Virus record (IMG/VR): IMGVR_UViG_3300020044_000012
Location: 1-25,268 of that record
Direction: 5' to 3' (one strand)
Origin: a virus
Taxonomy: Duplodnaviria; Caudoviricetes
Length of the DNA stretch: 25,268 nucleotides
The translations under genes were made by a program, and so were the position numbers. Positions 7,790 to 17,042 of the stretch are shown here, piece after piece. Within the stretch, counting starts at the first letter, position 1. Each line of letters opens with the position of its first letter. Below the pieces are notes generated by a model. That model saw only the letters and a program-made list of their open reading frames with translations, made no database searches and had not been told where the DNA came from.

Positions 7790-10700
7790 CGTTTTGTTTC
7801 CATTACAAACATTGACCTACTTGATGCAATTCCATTTGAACCCGTTGTGTATGTTGATGCAACATGGGCTTTTACATAAAAAGTATAAGAACCAACTGGA
7901 GGAAATCCGCTATAAGCAAAGTTCATAGAATTCCATGCAAAATCAAGAGCAACTGTTTCAAAATACAAAACACAAATAACATCTTCGTATGTATTGTCAA
8001 CTGTGTTATAGCCCAGTTCAATTCGACCTGATGTGGATATATAAACACGTTCACCCGAACAAGTTAAAGTAACTTGTTGAATAATAGTTTCAACAGCAGA
8101 ATCTTTTGAAATGTTAATGCCACCACCAGTGTAAGCACTGTTTGAGTTTGTCACGGCATTTGCATTAATGTTTGCAGTAGCAACAACATTTCCATTCAAC
8201 GTCATTTGCGTGCCATTAAACGCAATGTTTGTTGTGCTGTTACCAAACGCAAAATTACCGCTTGCGTAAAGTACACCGCCCGAGCCTGTCATTGTTGTGC
8301 CACTGATTGCCGCAGTGTTTGACTGCAAAGTGCCACTGACTGTCAAACTGCCTGTGTTAGTAGATACAGCCGACAACGCGCCAACTTTTAATGCTGATAT
8401 GTAGGGCGTTGACCACAAAGTGTTTGTGCCGTTATAAATGCCATCCGCTTGATATAACGAATTGTTGCTTGATGGGTCAGGGTCGTTTGCGTACCATGTG
8501 ACGTTAAATGATGCGCCCCATACTGCGCTTGCTTGTGCGCCTGATGGTCTGTTATCACCAGTGACTGTAACTGTGCCTGACACTGGAACTGGATTGCTTG
8601 CAATACGCGCATACATGATGCGTGCTGACGCACCATTGCCACCAGTAGGACCAGTTGCGCCTGCGCCACCAGTAGGGCCAGTTGCGCCATTTGTGCCTGC
8701 ATATCCTGATACAACAATGCTTGCGCTTGTCCAACTAAACGCAGTGCTTGTTGCAGTTGCAACGTCTGTTACTGTCACTGTCGCTGTGTAGAGAATAAAC
8801 CCTTGACTTGGGGCGGCAGTAATTGTTGTTGACCATCCGCTTGGTGCGGTATAAGCCGCAGTTGCCCATGTATAAGTTGATGAACCTGAAATGCTAGGCG
8901 TTGACAATGCCCATTGATAAACGGCAGGGCGTGCGACTTGTAAACCCGCTTGACCCGTTGGACCCGTTGTCCCCGTTCCAGTTGGTCCAGTTGGGCCTAA
9001 TGTTCCGCTTGGTCCAGTTGCACCAGTTGCGCCATTTGCGCCTGCCGCGCCAACAACAACTGCACTGCTAAATTCAGTCGATGCGATGGTGTCTGTTGAT
9101 GCAGTAGAAAACGCAGTTGCTTGACGTTGCCATAAATATTCACCAGTGGTCAAAGTTGGTGCAGACTGCGACCATCCGTTAAGAGTGCCACCACTCAATG
9201 CCGCAGTTGCAAATGTATATGTAAACGTTCCGCTAAATGTTGTTGGCGGTGTCACTGCGCTTGTGTTCTTGTTAAACAAAGAAACAATTGCCGTGTTTGC
9301 GCCACTTGCACCAGTGCCGCTAATTACTTCAGGTGTTGAAAACTCTGTGTATGGAATTGAATCTGTTGCGCTTGTACTTGATGCAGTTGCAAGAGACAAG
9401 AATAAATACTCTCCTGCCGCTATCGAGGGCGGTGTCTGTGACCATCCGTTTAATGTGCCACCACTTAGAACACCAGTTGCAAACGTGTATGTAAACGTGC
9501 CACTAAACAATGCGGGTGGCGTTGTCGTTGTGTTTTTGTTGTACAGATAAATTGTTGCACTGTTCAAACCGCCCGTACCCGTTGGACCCGTTGGACCCGT
9601 TGTTCCTCCTACGGGTGCCCAAACAAACGCTGTACTTTTTGTACTTAGTACGGATTGACCAATGTCATTGCCAACGTTGTATGCAAAATAATATGTGCCT
9701 GCGCCTAAAACGTTGTTTGCGTATGTGTAATATGTATTGTTTGCAACAGGAACAGAATTCACACTGTTTGCGCTTGATAGCCAACTCCAATCACTTGCAG
9801 TAGGCGTTGCTGATGTTGTGTAATACAAGTTTGACCATGTAACGCGACCAGTTACAGGAACAAAAACTTGCACATCAAAATGTGGAAATGTTGCAGACGG
9901 AAAGCCCGTTACTGTAGGCGCGGCAAGTGATGAGAAATAACTAGGTGATGACAACCCACTATTAGGCACAGGCGTAAATTGCGTAATGTCTTGATTGTCA
10001 TAAACTTGTGAGTTGTACTCGCTAAGTTCTAAACGTGCGCCAAGCATCCCGTTAGGCAATGATGCCTCGTTGACTTTCATCACGCGGAACAGTTTTGCGT
10101 TCCATCCGTAATCAGAATTTGTAACGCTGACAACTTGACCCGCATCAACTTGGATGCCGTAATACGTTGTGCTGAAACTGACAATCAAATCTTCGCGTGC
10201 TTGCTCTAGCAATCTGTTTGCAAGATAGTGTGTCTGTACACTGTCGTTAACCAAATCATAAGTAATTGAATACTTGTTCACTGGCTCGTTTGGATACAGT
10301 AAACCGCTAGGTGTCTCGATGTTCACAAACGCGGCTTGGTCACGATTATCTTTAAACGGGAAACGCGCTTCAACTTGATTGATTGATGACGTAATATCTG
10401 TCGCACTGACGCGTATCTCGCCAACAATGTTGTCATCATCAAATGCGTATGACGTTGATTCTGCTTTGTTAACAACGACAGACCATTGACCAAGTGCCGC
10501 GTTGTATGTCATCCATGAATCGCACGCAGACATAATTCTGTCAATGTTTGACAAGACAGATTGACCCGCATCGAGTACGCCATTGATGCGATAACGCGCT
10601 TGCGTGGCAGGGTTGCCCTCATAGTCATCAAACGTGATTAACTCGTCGCTGTACGTGTTTAAAGCCGTTGCTGATGTAGCATTAACAAACGATGAATTAA

Positions 10701-11481
10701 ACGTGCCATCAGGCATCCAACCCACTGCACCGCCATAGACTTTATTTGTGATGTAGTCATACCATACGTCTCCAGGCTTTGCCACGCCTGTGCCATTTAA
10801 TGTGTGACTTACATTGAACGTAATTGGTGACAATGACGTTGTGTCTGCATCTCGGTTGTAATTTAATACAACAATTGCAAACGCCAAACCATTCATTTGA
10901 CGACCACTGACAGGCCAACGTTGGTCAACCGCAATGTCACTGCCACCCATGATGGTGCTAGGCAATGAGCCACTGCTGTTAATTGGGGTAATAGTTCCCG
11001 CTTGATTTGATGTAAACAAATAAATAAATAGATTGCCTGCAATCTTTGTATCGGGCGGGTTTACTTCATCAGACAATGACGCAACTTTGCCTTGCTCAGT
11101 AGGGTCAAACGCAATGAGTCTGTCACCATAATACATACTGGTTTGGTCAAACGTAAACTGACCATTTGGGCTAATGCTTGATATTGCCAAGACGTAATAC
11201 ATTTTGCGTTGTTCGTTAGCAAGTACAGCATCGACAAATGTGCCGCCCATGTAGGCACTGCCATACACAATAGGAATTGCGTTTACTCCACTTGGCGGCA
11301 CTTGCTGACGCACGCCCATGTCTTGTTGCGCTTCAGGGTTATCCGCAAATGCTCGTGTAATTAATTGTGAAACTGCAAAATTGATTGCAAATGCCGCGGC
11401 CGCATATCCAGTTGCGCCTAAAGCCGCGGCCGCCATTAACGCGTCGCCAAAAATTGCACCTAAAACAATGGATGAAACCAT
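7786..11481 (-). CDS. Tail tip / central tail fibre (lambda gpJ-like host-specificity protein) with collagen-linked repeat modules
   Basis: 1231 aa; N-terminal hydrophobic Ala-rich segment, IPIVYGSAYMGG, PGDVWYDY, RYRINGVLD, GQVVSVTNSDYGWNAKLFRVMKV..ELSEY; position in the tail-tip cluster. Confidence 0.82.
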   Translation of the reverse strand: MVSSIVLGAIFGDALMAAAALGATGYAAAAFAINFAVSQLITRAFADNPEAQQDMGVRQQVPPSGVNAIPIVYGSAYMGGTFVDAVLANEQRKMYYVLAISSISPNGQFTFDQTSMYYGDRLIAFDPTEQGKVASLSDEVNPPDTKIAGNLFIYLFTSNQAGTITPINSSGSLPSTIMGGSDIAVDQRWPVSGRQMNGLAFAIVVLNYNRDADTTSLSPITFNVSHTLNGTGVAKPGDVWYDYITNKVYGGAVGWMPDGTFNSSFVNATSATALNTYSDELITFDDYEGNPATQARYRINGVLDAGQSVLSNIDRIMSACDSWMTYNAALGQWSVVVNKAESTSYAFDDDNIVGEIRVSATDITSSINQVEARFPFKDNRDQAAFVNIETPSGLLYPNEPVNKYSITYDLVNDSVQTHYLANRLLEQAREDLIVSFSTTYYGIQVDAGQVVSVTNSDYGWNAKLFRVMKVNEASLPNGMLGARLELSEYNSQVYDNQDITQFTPVPNSGLSSPSYFSSLAAPTVTGFPSATFPHFDVQVFVPVTGRVTWSNLYYTTSATPTASDWSWLSSANSVNSVPVANNTYYTYANNVLGAGTYYFAYNVGNDIGQSVLSTKSTAFVWAPVGGTTGPTGPTGTGGLNSATIYLYNKNTTTTPPALFSGTFTYTFATGVLSGGTLNGWSQTPPSIAAGEYLFLSLATASSTSATDSIPYTEFSTPEVISGTGASGANTAIVSLFNKNTSAVTPPTTFSGTFTYTFATAALSGGTLNGWSQSAPTLTTGEYLWQRQATAFSTASTDTIASTEFSSAVVVGAAGANGATGATGPSGTLGPTGPTGTGTTGPTGQAGLQVARPAVYQWALSTPSISGSSTYTWATAAYTAPSGWSTTITAAPSQGFILYTATVTVTDVATATSTAFSWTSASIVVSGYAGTNGATGPTGGAGATGPTGGNGASARIMYARIASNPVPVSGTVTVTGDNRPSGAQASAVWGASFNVTWYANDPDPSSNNSLYQADGIYNGTNTLWSTPYISALKVGALSAVSTNTGSLTVSGTLQSNTAAISGTTMTGSGGVLYASGNFAFGNSTTNIAFNGTQMTLNGNVVATANINANAVTNSNSAYTGGGINISKDSAVETIIQQVTLTCSGERVYISTSGRIELGYNTVDNTYEDVICVLYFETVALDFAWNSMNFAYSGFPPVGSYTFYVKAHVASTYTTGSNGIASSRSMFVMETKR

Positions 11482-11483
11482 TT

Positions 11484-11930
11484 TTATTCCTTCACAAAAC
11501 TTGCACCGACCGCGTTGTAACCGCGCTTTGTGTAATCAATCAATGGACCATTTGCGGACACAGACGTAATCACAACGTCAACGTCACCATGATTTAGCAT
11601 TATTGTTGCTTGCTCATCAAATGCTTTCCATAGACGACCGCCAATTGTCCCATTTCTGTATTCAGGTTCAACCCACCATAACAACTCATTTAATTCTTTT
11701 ACTTTTGGAGACCAAATGTTGTTGCTTTTATACGCAATGATTGCACCGCGCATATGCGTATCAATGAATATAAAACCGCGACCTTGAATGATGCTAAATA
11801 ATAGTTCTTCAACGTATCGAGGAAAATGATTGTGTTCTTGTGCCAGTTTTTTAATTGGATTCTCATAGGCATAAGATTCAACAATTTCTAGCAATCTTGG
11901 AATGTCATATCTTGTTGCAATTCTTATCAT
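11484..11930 (-). CDS. GNAT-fold acetyltransferase-like protein
   Basis: 148 aa; N-terminal IRIATRYDIPRLLEI, acetyl-CoA-binding motif A-like WWVEPEYRNGTIGGRL, C-terminal YTKRGY. Confidence 0.75.
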   Translation of the reverse strand: MIRIATRYDIPRLLEIVESYAYENPIKKLAQEHNHFPRYVEELLFSIIQGRGFIFIDTHMRGAIIAYKSNNIWSPKVKELNELLWWVEPEYRNGTIGGRLWKAFDEQATIMLNHGDVDVVITSVSANGPLIDYTKRGYNAVGASFVKE

Positions 11931-12596
11931 TTAATCGCCTACTCCACCATCTCCACCACTATCACCACCACCATCATAAGTAATTGTTGTTTCACTTGCT
12001 TGCGTTTGCGTTGAAGGTGGTTTGCCAAAGTCAAAGTATGTGTTTGCAATCTCTGATACACGATTCATTGATATGTCGTCTGCATATAAAAACTGCCAAT
12101 TGTTTTGATTTGTTTTTACGCCTGACAAACGATTCTCTAATACACGACGCATCGATGAGCAAGAAATTGAACACGTTGCAACGCGTGTACGCGCTTGAGA
12201 ATTAAAGTCTTCAGTGATTGATACGCTATTGATGATGCCTTGATAACGTTTAAAAAACTGCTGTGTAGGCGATGTAATAATCTGATTGTTTGAATCAAAA
12301 AACCCGCGCCATACTTCGACAATTGAACCTTTAATGTCACTGCTTAAAATCAATGCAACGCTTGTCGGGTCGATGCCTGTCAACTGTATTGTCATGTCAT
12401 CAGACGTTGCTTTGATGTCGCGCTGAACGTCACCAACTTGCAGTAGTGCGCCTAAATTAGAGAATGTGATGCCATCCACAGTAATTGGTGCGCCTGCGTT
12501 ACAAAACGTGTATTCTGTTTCTGCAACACCAACAGTCAATCGTACAAATTCAGCATGATTAATTTGCGTGCCAGTGACTGCATAAATTGTTGTCAT
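11931..12596 (-). CDS. Minor tail / hub protein (lambda gpL / DUF2163-like)
   Basis: 221 aa; ITVDGITFSNLGALLQVG, QLTGID, GSIVEVWRGFFD pattern; second gene after the tape measure. Confidence 0.65.
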   Translation of the reverse strand: MTTIYAVTGTQINHAEFVRLTVGVAETEYTFCNAGAPITVDGITFSNLGALLQVGDVQRDIKATSDDMTIQLTGIDPTSVALILSSDIKGSIVEVWRGFFDSNNQIITSPTQQFFKRYQGIINSVSITEDFNSQARTRVATCSISCSSMRRVLENRLSGVKTNQNNWQFLYADDISMNRVSEIANTYFDFGKPPSTQTQASETTITYDGGGDSGGDGGVGD

Positions 12597-13189
12597 ACGA
12601 TGTATTCCCTAAAAACAAATGCGTTGTCCCATTGCACGTAAGCCCCGTCAGTCATTGGATTAAGTGTGTACGTTGGACAAGCCTCTGCAACGACGTTAAA
12701 CGATACTGCCGTACCCATAAGAACAGTTGCACCTGATGCGGGATTGCCAATCAATGGTCGATGAATATTTACCGATGAGCCTGCACTGTCAGCAGTGATT
12801 TTGTAAACGTAGCCACCAACTTCAATAAAATCACCCGCTTTGTATGTTCCGTTTGATGTCAGCGCAAGCGTCTGCGTGTTTGGTGTGGGCGTGCCGTTAA
12901 GAGTTGCCGCAGTTGCAGTGCCTTGCATTTTGACAAACCATGACAAATTACTGCTTGCAAAACTAATTGCTTCAGGCAACTGTCTGTCAAGATTGTCAAT
13001 TGTTTGAATGACATCACGCACTTGCGGGTAATACAAATATTGATGCGGTTGCACTGTAAACACCCAAGGCACTGCGGTTAGATATTGCGCCACAGTAATG
13101 TAACCACTGCGTGCAATTTGTTGACCAACCATACGACGATTGTTTACAGTCATTGACTGTTGGATTTCAAAAATTGTTTGAAAACTCAT
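12593..13189 (-). CDS. Distal tail protein-like (Dit / gpM position)
   Basis: 198 aa immediately after the tape measure with ATGA overlap; KAGDFIEVG..VYKITAD and C-terminal FVFRE resemble distal tail proteins. Confidence 0.6.
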   Translation of the reverse strand: MSFQTIFEIQQSMTVNNRRMVGQQIARSGYITVAQYLTAVPWVFTVQPHQYLYYPQVRDVIQTIDNLDRQLPEAISFASSNLSWFVKMQGTATAATLNGTPTPNTQTLALTSNGTYKAGDFIEVGGYVYKITADSAGSSVNIHRPLIGNPASGATVLMGTAVSFNVVAEACPTYTLNPMTDGAYVQWDNAFVFREYIV

Positions 13190-15393
13190 GCTCTACCTCT
13201 GCTTACTGCGAGTGATTTGTTTGCATACTGATTTGCCGCCCATATCGCGTTAGGACTTTCAAGCAAACGTTGTTCAAATGATTTTGTATCAATTGCGTTG
13301 ATTGTGTAATTGTTTATGACTTGACTATTGCCACCCATTGAATCAGACAATCTATTGTTTGGAATAATAGTGCCTGCTGATTTTGGAATGAACAACTCAG
13401 GACCTTTTTCTCCGACGATTGCGGGTCCGTCAATTGCACCGCCCTCTGCTTTCATTGGCAAAGAAGATATTGTTACAGAACCCAACAAACTACCGCCAAA
13501 CCCTAAAGCCCTCATGCCAGCCATAAGCAATTGCATTGCTTGAAACTTGAGCATCATTGCAATGATGTCTTGAATGACACTTCGTGCAAAACTCTTAAAA
13601 TTTAATTTGCCAGTTTTAACAAAGTCATCGATTGCACTGTTCATGTTGCCAACAACTGATGAGAACATATCAGACGCAAGTTTGCCGTAATTCTGCGCGT
13701 CTTCTGCGTATTTTCTAAACGCTTCTTTCCAACCTTGAGAAAATGAAGTGCGACGATATTCTTCTTGAATTAAATTTTCTTGACGAATTGCAGATATTTC
13801 TTTTTCAGCGCGAATTGCATCTTCGATGCGAGTCTTTTCTGCATCGTATGTTTTTCCTTCACCTAGTCGTGCGCGTGCGTCAATAATTTGTTGCTGATAC
13901 TCTGCAATTTTCTTTTCTGTAGCAAGACGTTCAGTTGCAGTTTTATATTCAAAGTCAGTCATGTAAACGCGTTCAGATTCTAAATCTAAACGACGTTTTT
14001 CAAACAATTCTGCCTCTTGTGCAAACTTCGTCATGCGTTCTATTTGCTGAATTTCTTTGTCACGCGTAGCAAGTATCAATTGATGATTTGCGTTTGCTTT
14101 AGCGTCTGCCAAATCACGCTTTGCATTGTATTCTTCGTTAATGTTTGCAATTTCTGCTTCACTCAGATTATCTTTTTTCTTTGCTTGTGAACGTTCGTTC
14201 TGTGCTATTGCAATTTCTCGTGCAAGTGCCAAATCATTCTCATGCAATTGGGTTGTGTACTTGTCAATGTCCAACCCTTTTAACTTCATTTGCCCTTCTT
14301 CTTTTGCAAGTTCAATCTGTTTACGAATCATTGCAATTTTTGCTTGCCCTGCGGCAATCTCACGACGATTTGCAAGTTGCGCTTTGTCGTCAGTTTCAGT
14401 TTTGCCGCCACCCTCAGGAGTTGTATCCGCGTTCATTGCGGCTTCTGTTTCTAATTCAAAAGCGTGTTTTGCCGCAAGATATGCAAGTGCGCCTGCCGCT
14501 AGTTGTGCAATGCCTTTTGCACCGCCCATTGCAGTCATAGCCGCTTGCAGTTTTGCGCCTTCACGCAATGCGGCAATAATTTTTACAGTGACAGCCGCAA
14601 TTTGTATCAGACCACCAACGACAGCCGCGGCAGTAATGCCAACCATTGCCGCTTTAAATTTCTCGATTGAAACAACACCATCACGCGTAAGCGGTGCAAT
14701 CATGTCCGCAAATGCAATCTTCATATTGTCAAAAGATTGCGCCAAGTTGTCATTTACTTGTCCAACTTTTTCAATACTCTTTGCATACTGGTTATATGCC
14801 GCAGTGGACATATTTAATCGACTTGCAACTTCGCTTAGTTCAAGACCAATGCCTTGTTTGCCAAGTAACTCTTTGACCGCTTTGACTCGCTGATATGTGT
14901 CACCAATCTTTGACAAAGCAGTGAATACACGATTCAACGCTTCTTCAGGCTTCATGCGCGACAATTCTTCAAACGAAATGCCAATGCGTTCAAATTGGGA
15001 AATTACTGCTTCATTGCCTGAACGTGCCTCGTCAATCTTTGAAAACAACGTTGACAGAATCTTTGATGCGCCTTCAGCGTTGCCGCCTGACTGTTTAATT
15101 GCATCTCTAAATTGCAGTGTCTTTGCAACTGTTAAATCAAAGCCTTTTGCCAAGTCACTGATTGCATCCGAAAATTGCAATGTTTGTTGTAGCAATGCGC
15201 CCATGCCAACAGCAGACAGTGACATTGCACCGCCTAATGTCTTCCAATGACCCATTAATGTTTTGACATTGCCGCCCAAATCATCAAGAGATTTTTGCAA
15301 GTCTTTTGCTTGCGACTTTGCTTTTGCCGTTGCTTGGTCCCACTCGACAGTGACAAGACCTAGTTTTACCGATAGTGAGCCAATGACAGCCAT
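13186..15393 (-). CDS. Tail tape measure protein (lambda-type C-terminal domain)
   Basis: 735 aa; Ala/Lys/Glu-rich helical protein with N-terminal IGSLSVKLGL, hydrophobic stretches, GWKEAFRKYAE...DFVKTGKLNFKSFARSVI and GEKGPELFIP. Confidence 0.92.
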   Translation of the reverse strand: MAVIGSLSVKLGLVTVEWDQATAKAKSQAKDLQKSLDDLGGNVKTLMGHWKTLGGAMSLSAVGMGALLQQTLQFSDAISDLAKGFDLTVAKTLQFRDAIKQSGGNAEGASKILSTLFSKIDEARSGNEAVISQFERIGISFEELSRMKPEEALNRVFTALSKIGDTYQRVKAVKELLGKQGIGLELSEVASRLNMSTAAYNQYAKSIEKVGQVNDNLAQSFDNMKIAFADMIAPLTRDGVVSIEKFKAAMVGITAAAVVGGLIQIAAVTVKIIAALREGAKLQAAMTAMGGAKGIAQLAAGALAYLAAKHAFELETEAAMNADTTPEGGGKTETDDKAQLANRREIAAGQAKIAMIRKQIELAKEEGQMKLKGLDIDKYTTQLHENDLALAREIAIAQNERSQAKKKDNLSEAEIANINEEYNAKRDLADAKANANHQLILATRDKEIQQIERMTKFAQEAELFEKRRLDLESERVYMTDFEYKTATERLATEKKIAEYQQQIIDARARLGEGKTYDAEKTRIEDAIRAEKEISAIRQENLIQEEYRRTSFSQGWKEAFRKYAEDAQNYGKLASDMFSSVVGNMNSAIDDFVKTGKLNFKSFARSVIQDIIAMMLKFQAMQLLMAGMRALGFGGSLLGSVTISSLPMKAEGGAIDGPAIVGEKGPELFIPKSAGTIIPNNRLSDSMGGNSQVINNYTINAIDTKSFEQRLLESPNAIWAANQYANKSLAVSRGRA

Positions 15394-15396
15394 TTT

Positions 15397-15918
15397 TTAT
15401 CCTTTTTGCTTAACCCATTTACCCGCCTCAATTGCCGCCATGACTGAATAACCTAGACGACTGATTACTCGGTCAACGTTATTTTCTAAAGCGGGGCGCA
15501 TAAATGGATGTGCAGAAGTTTCCGCAGTCCCAAACTCCATTGCAAGCGCAACGGGTCGATGGTTGTATGTTATCTTTTCTTTTCCCTTTTTGACTATCGT
15601 CGTATGCTGTGTACTATCCTCGCGCTTAGGACCAACTGTAACGCGTGCCATGAAAGTCTCGCCCTGATACTTGTTTGATGCTTTATCACGCGACTGTGGT
15701 CGTTGTACCTTCATGTATATGTGTTCTTTGAGTTGCCCTGTGTCTGAGGGTGCGTTGTTCTTTGCCGCCTCTAGCACTGGCATAAACGCGTAGCCAAGAG
15801 CCTTTTTCCAAATTCTGTCAGTTTTGCCTTTGCCAATCTCAAGCGCGAGTTCATCCATAGCCTTGAACAACTCGTCAAAGCCTTCGACTTTAAATGCGCG
15901 GTTAGTTGGACTTGCCAT
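15397..15918 (-). CDS. HK97 gp10-like tail/neck component
   Basis: VEGFDELFKAMDEL...AAKNNAPSDTGQLK...MEFGTAETSAHPFMRPALE; start at 15918 or 15924. Confidence 0.85.
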   Translation of the reverse strand: MASPTNRAFKVEGFDELFKAMDELALEIGKGKTDRIWKKALGYAFMPVLEAAKNNAPSDTGQLKEHIYMKVQRPQSRDKASNKYQGETFMARVTVGPKREDSTQHTTIVKKGKEKITYNHRPVALAMEFGTAETSAHPFMRPALENNVDRVISRLGYSVMAAIEAGKWVKQKG

Positions 15919-16270
15919 TTGCAAATCTGTCCATTTTGAACCCTTTGGCTTGCGTCATCCAACCAATGAGTGAGTTGCTGACCGCAGTCTCAGGGTCAAC
16001 ATCGTTTGACGGGTCAACTGTGTATTCGTGAACCCAAGGGAATATTTCTGTTGACTTGATTGCAGGCGCGTTTTCTGCACGCAGATAATTAAACATTGCG
16101 GCAGTGACGGGTGTCATAGCATCAAAGATGCCTTTGTTACCAAGTAGCCCGTCTGCGTACATGACTTGTATCTCCGTGAATAATTCTTCGTCAATAGTCT
16201 CAATGTATTGTTCAGTGTGACCATTGAAAATCATCGCGGCAACAACTTGCCTACGCAAAGACCGCCTTAG
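15902..16270 (-). CDS. Tail assembly chaperone frameshift extension (gpT part of gpGT)
   Basis: The -1 frame is open from the slippery site (LRRSLRRQVVAAMIFNGH...) to the stop at 15902; lacks a convincing independent start (ORF track uses TTG). Confidence 0.8.
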   Translation of the reverse strand, partial: LRRSLRRQVVAAMIFNGHTEQYIETIDEELFTEIQVMYADGLLGNKGIFDAMTPVTAAMFNYLRAENAPAIKSTEIFPWVHEYTVDPSNDVDPETAVSNSLIGWMTQAKGFKMDRFANGKSN

Positions 16271-16785
16271 TTTTTTTTTGCGGTCTTGTAATCAGGTTTG
16301 ACTGCTGATTCGATGTCTTCAACAATTTGACGTATTACAGATTCGGGGAATTCTTCCGCGATTTGCTCATACGTTTCATTAATGGGTTCGCCACTTTCTG
16401 ATTGCAATAATTGGAAAAACTCTTGAACCTTAGTTTCCCACATTGCCGTGAATGTGGCAACTTGTTTGACAGAATTGCCATCGAGGATGATGTCATCATC
16501 GAGGATTGTCATAACTTGTTTATCTTTGTTCAGCACTTCAAGAAAATCGTCACCGCCTTCTGCAATTGATTCACGCAAAGGCTTGCTCATGCGCTGATAA
16601 ATTTGCTCAATTGTCTCGGTACTTGGATTGCTAATTCTCTCAAGCATTTGTTCCATCTCGCGTTTAAGCGGAACGCGAACATTTAGATTAAAAGCAACAT
16701 TTCCAACTGTCACTGAAATCTTTTTAATTTTCACTTGGTCGCGTACAACAATGTATGACGCGCCCAATTTCTGTGCAAATGTCAT
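16267..16785 (-). CDS. Tail assembly chaperone (gpG-like)
   Basis: 172 aa, acidic and helical; ends ...DYKTAKKN* over an A-run; lies between tail tube and tape measure. Confidence 0.8.
   Translation of the reverse strand: MTFAQKLGASYIVVRDQVKIKKISVTVGNVAFNLNVRVPLKREMEQMLERISNPSTETIEQIYQRMSKPLRESIAEGGDDFLEVLNKDKQVMTILDDDIILDGNSVKQVATFTAMWETKVQEFFQLLQSESGEPINETYEQIAEEFPESVIRQIVEDIESAVKPDYKTAKKN
16270..16279 (-). other. Programmed -1 ribosomal frameshift site
   Basis: Minus strand reads GCA AAA AAA AAC TAA, containing the A AAA AAC slippery heptamer; the -1 frame continues in frame with the 15902..16258 ORF. Confidence 0.85.
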
Positions 16786-16788
16786 GTC

Positions 16789-17010
16789 TTATCCTTTTAT
16801 CATCTTGTTGTATATTGAGTTGTTTAACTCTATGACATAGTTGACCACCTCGTCGGGTGTCATCTTGTCTGCGTGCGATGACGCAATGCGATACGCTAGG
16901 TCGATTCCAGCAACGCGTTGTTGCTGAAAACCGAACCAGTTTTTTTGTCCTGTCTGCGTAAGCGTCACCAAGTAATTCAGTAACGCTTCCGAATTGTTTT
17001 CTTTTGTCAT
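16789..17010 (-). CDS. Hypothetical protein (73 aa) in the tail operon
   Basis: ATG start; fills the gap between terminator and chaperone; its 3' end carries the AAGGA RBS of the next gene. Confidence 0.7.
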   Translation of the reverse strand: MTKENNSEALLNYLVTLTQTGQKNWFGFQQQRVAGIDLAYRIASSHADKMTPDEVVNYVIELNNSIYNKMIKG

Positions 17011-17016
17011 ATCGTA

Positions 17017-17037
17017 TAAAAGCCCCCGAAGGGGCTT
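17017..17037 (-). terminator. Intrinsic terminator after tail tube gene
   Basis: AAGCCCC-TTCG-GGGGCTT-TT: GC stem with cUUCGg tetraloop and short U tract just after the stop codon. Confidence 0.8.
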
Positions 17038-17042
17038 GTTGT

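Noticed and set aside
1523-11481. Diversity-generating retroelement or invertase-shuffled fibre cassette
   Set aside because: No reverse transcriptase, adenine-specific repeat pair, recombinase or inverted fibre-tip copies seen in this window.
14126-15451. Long plus-strand ORFs (255, 131, 117 aa)
   Set aside because: Antisense to the tape measure gene, no motifs; typical antisense open frames.
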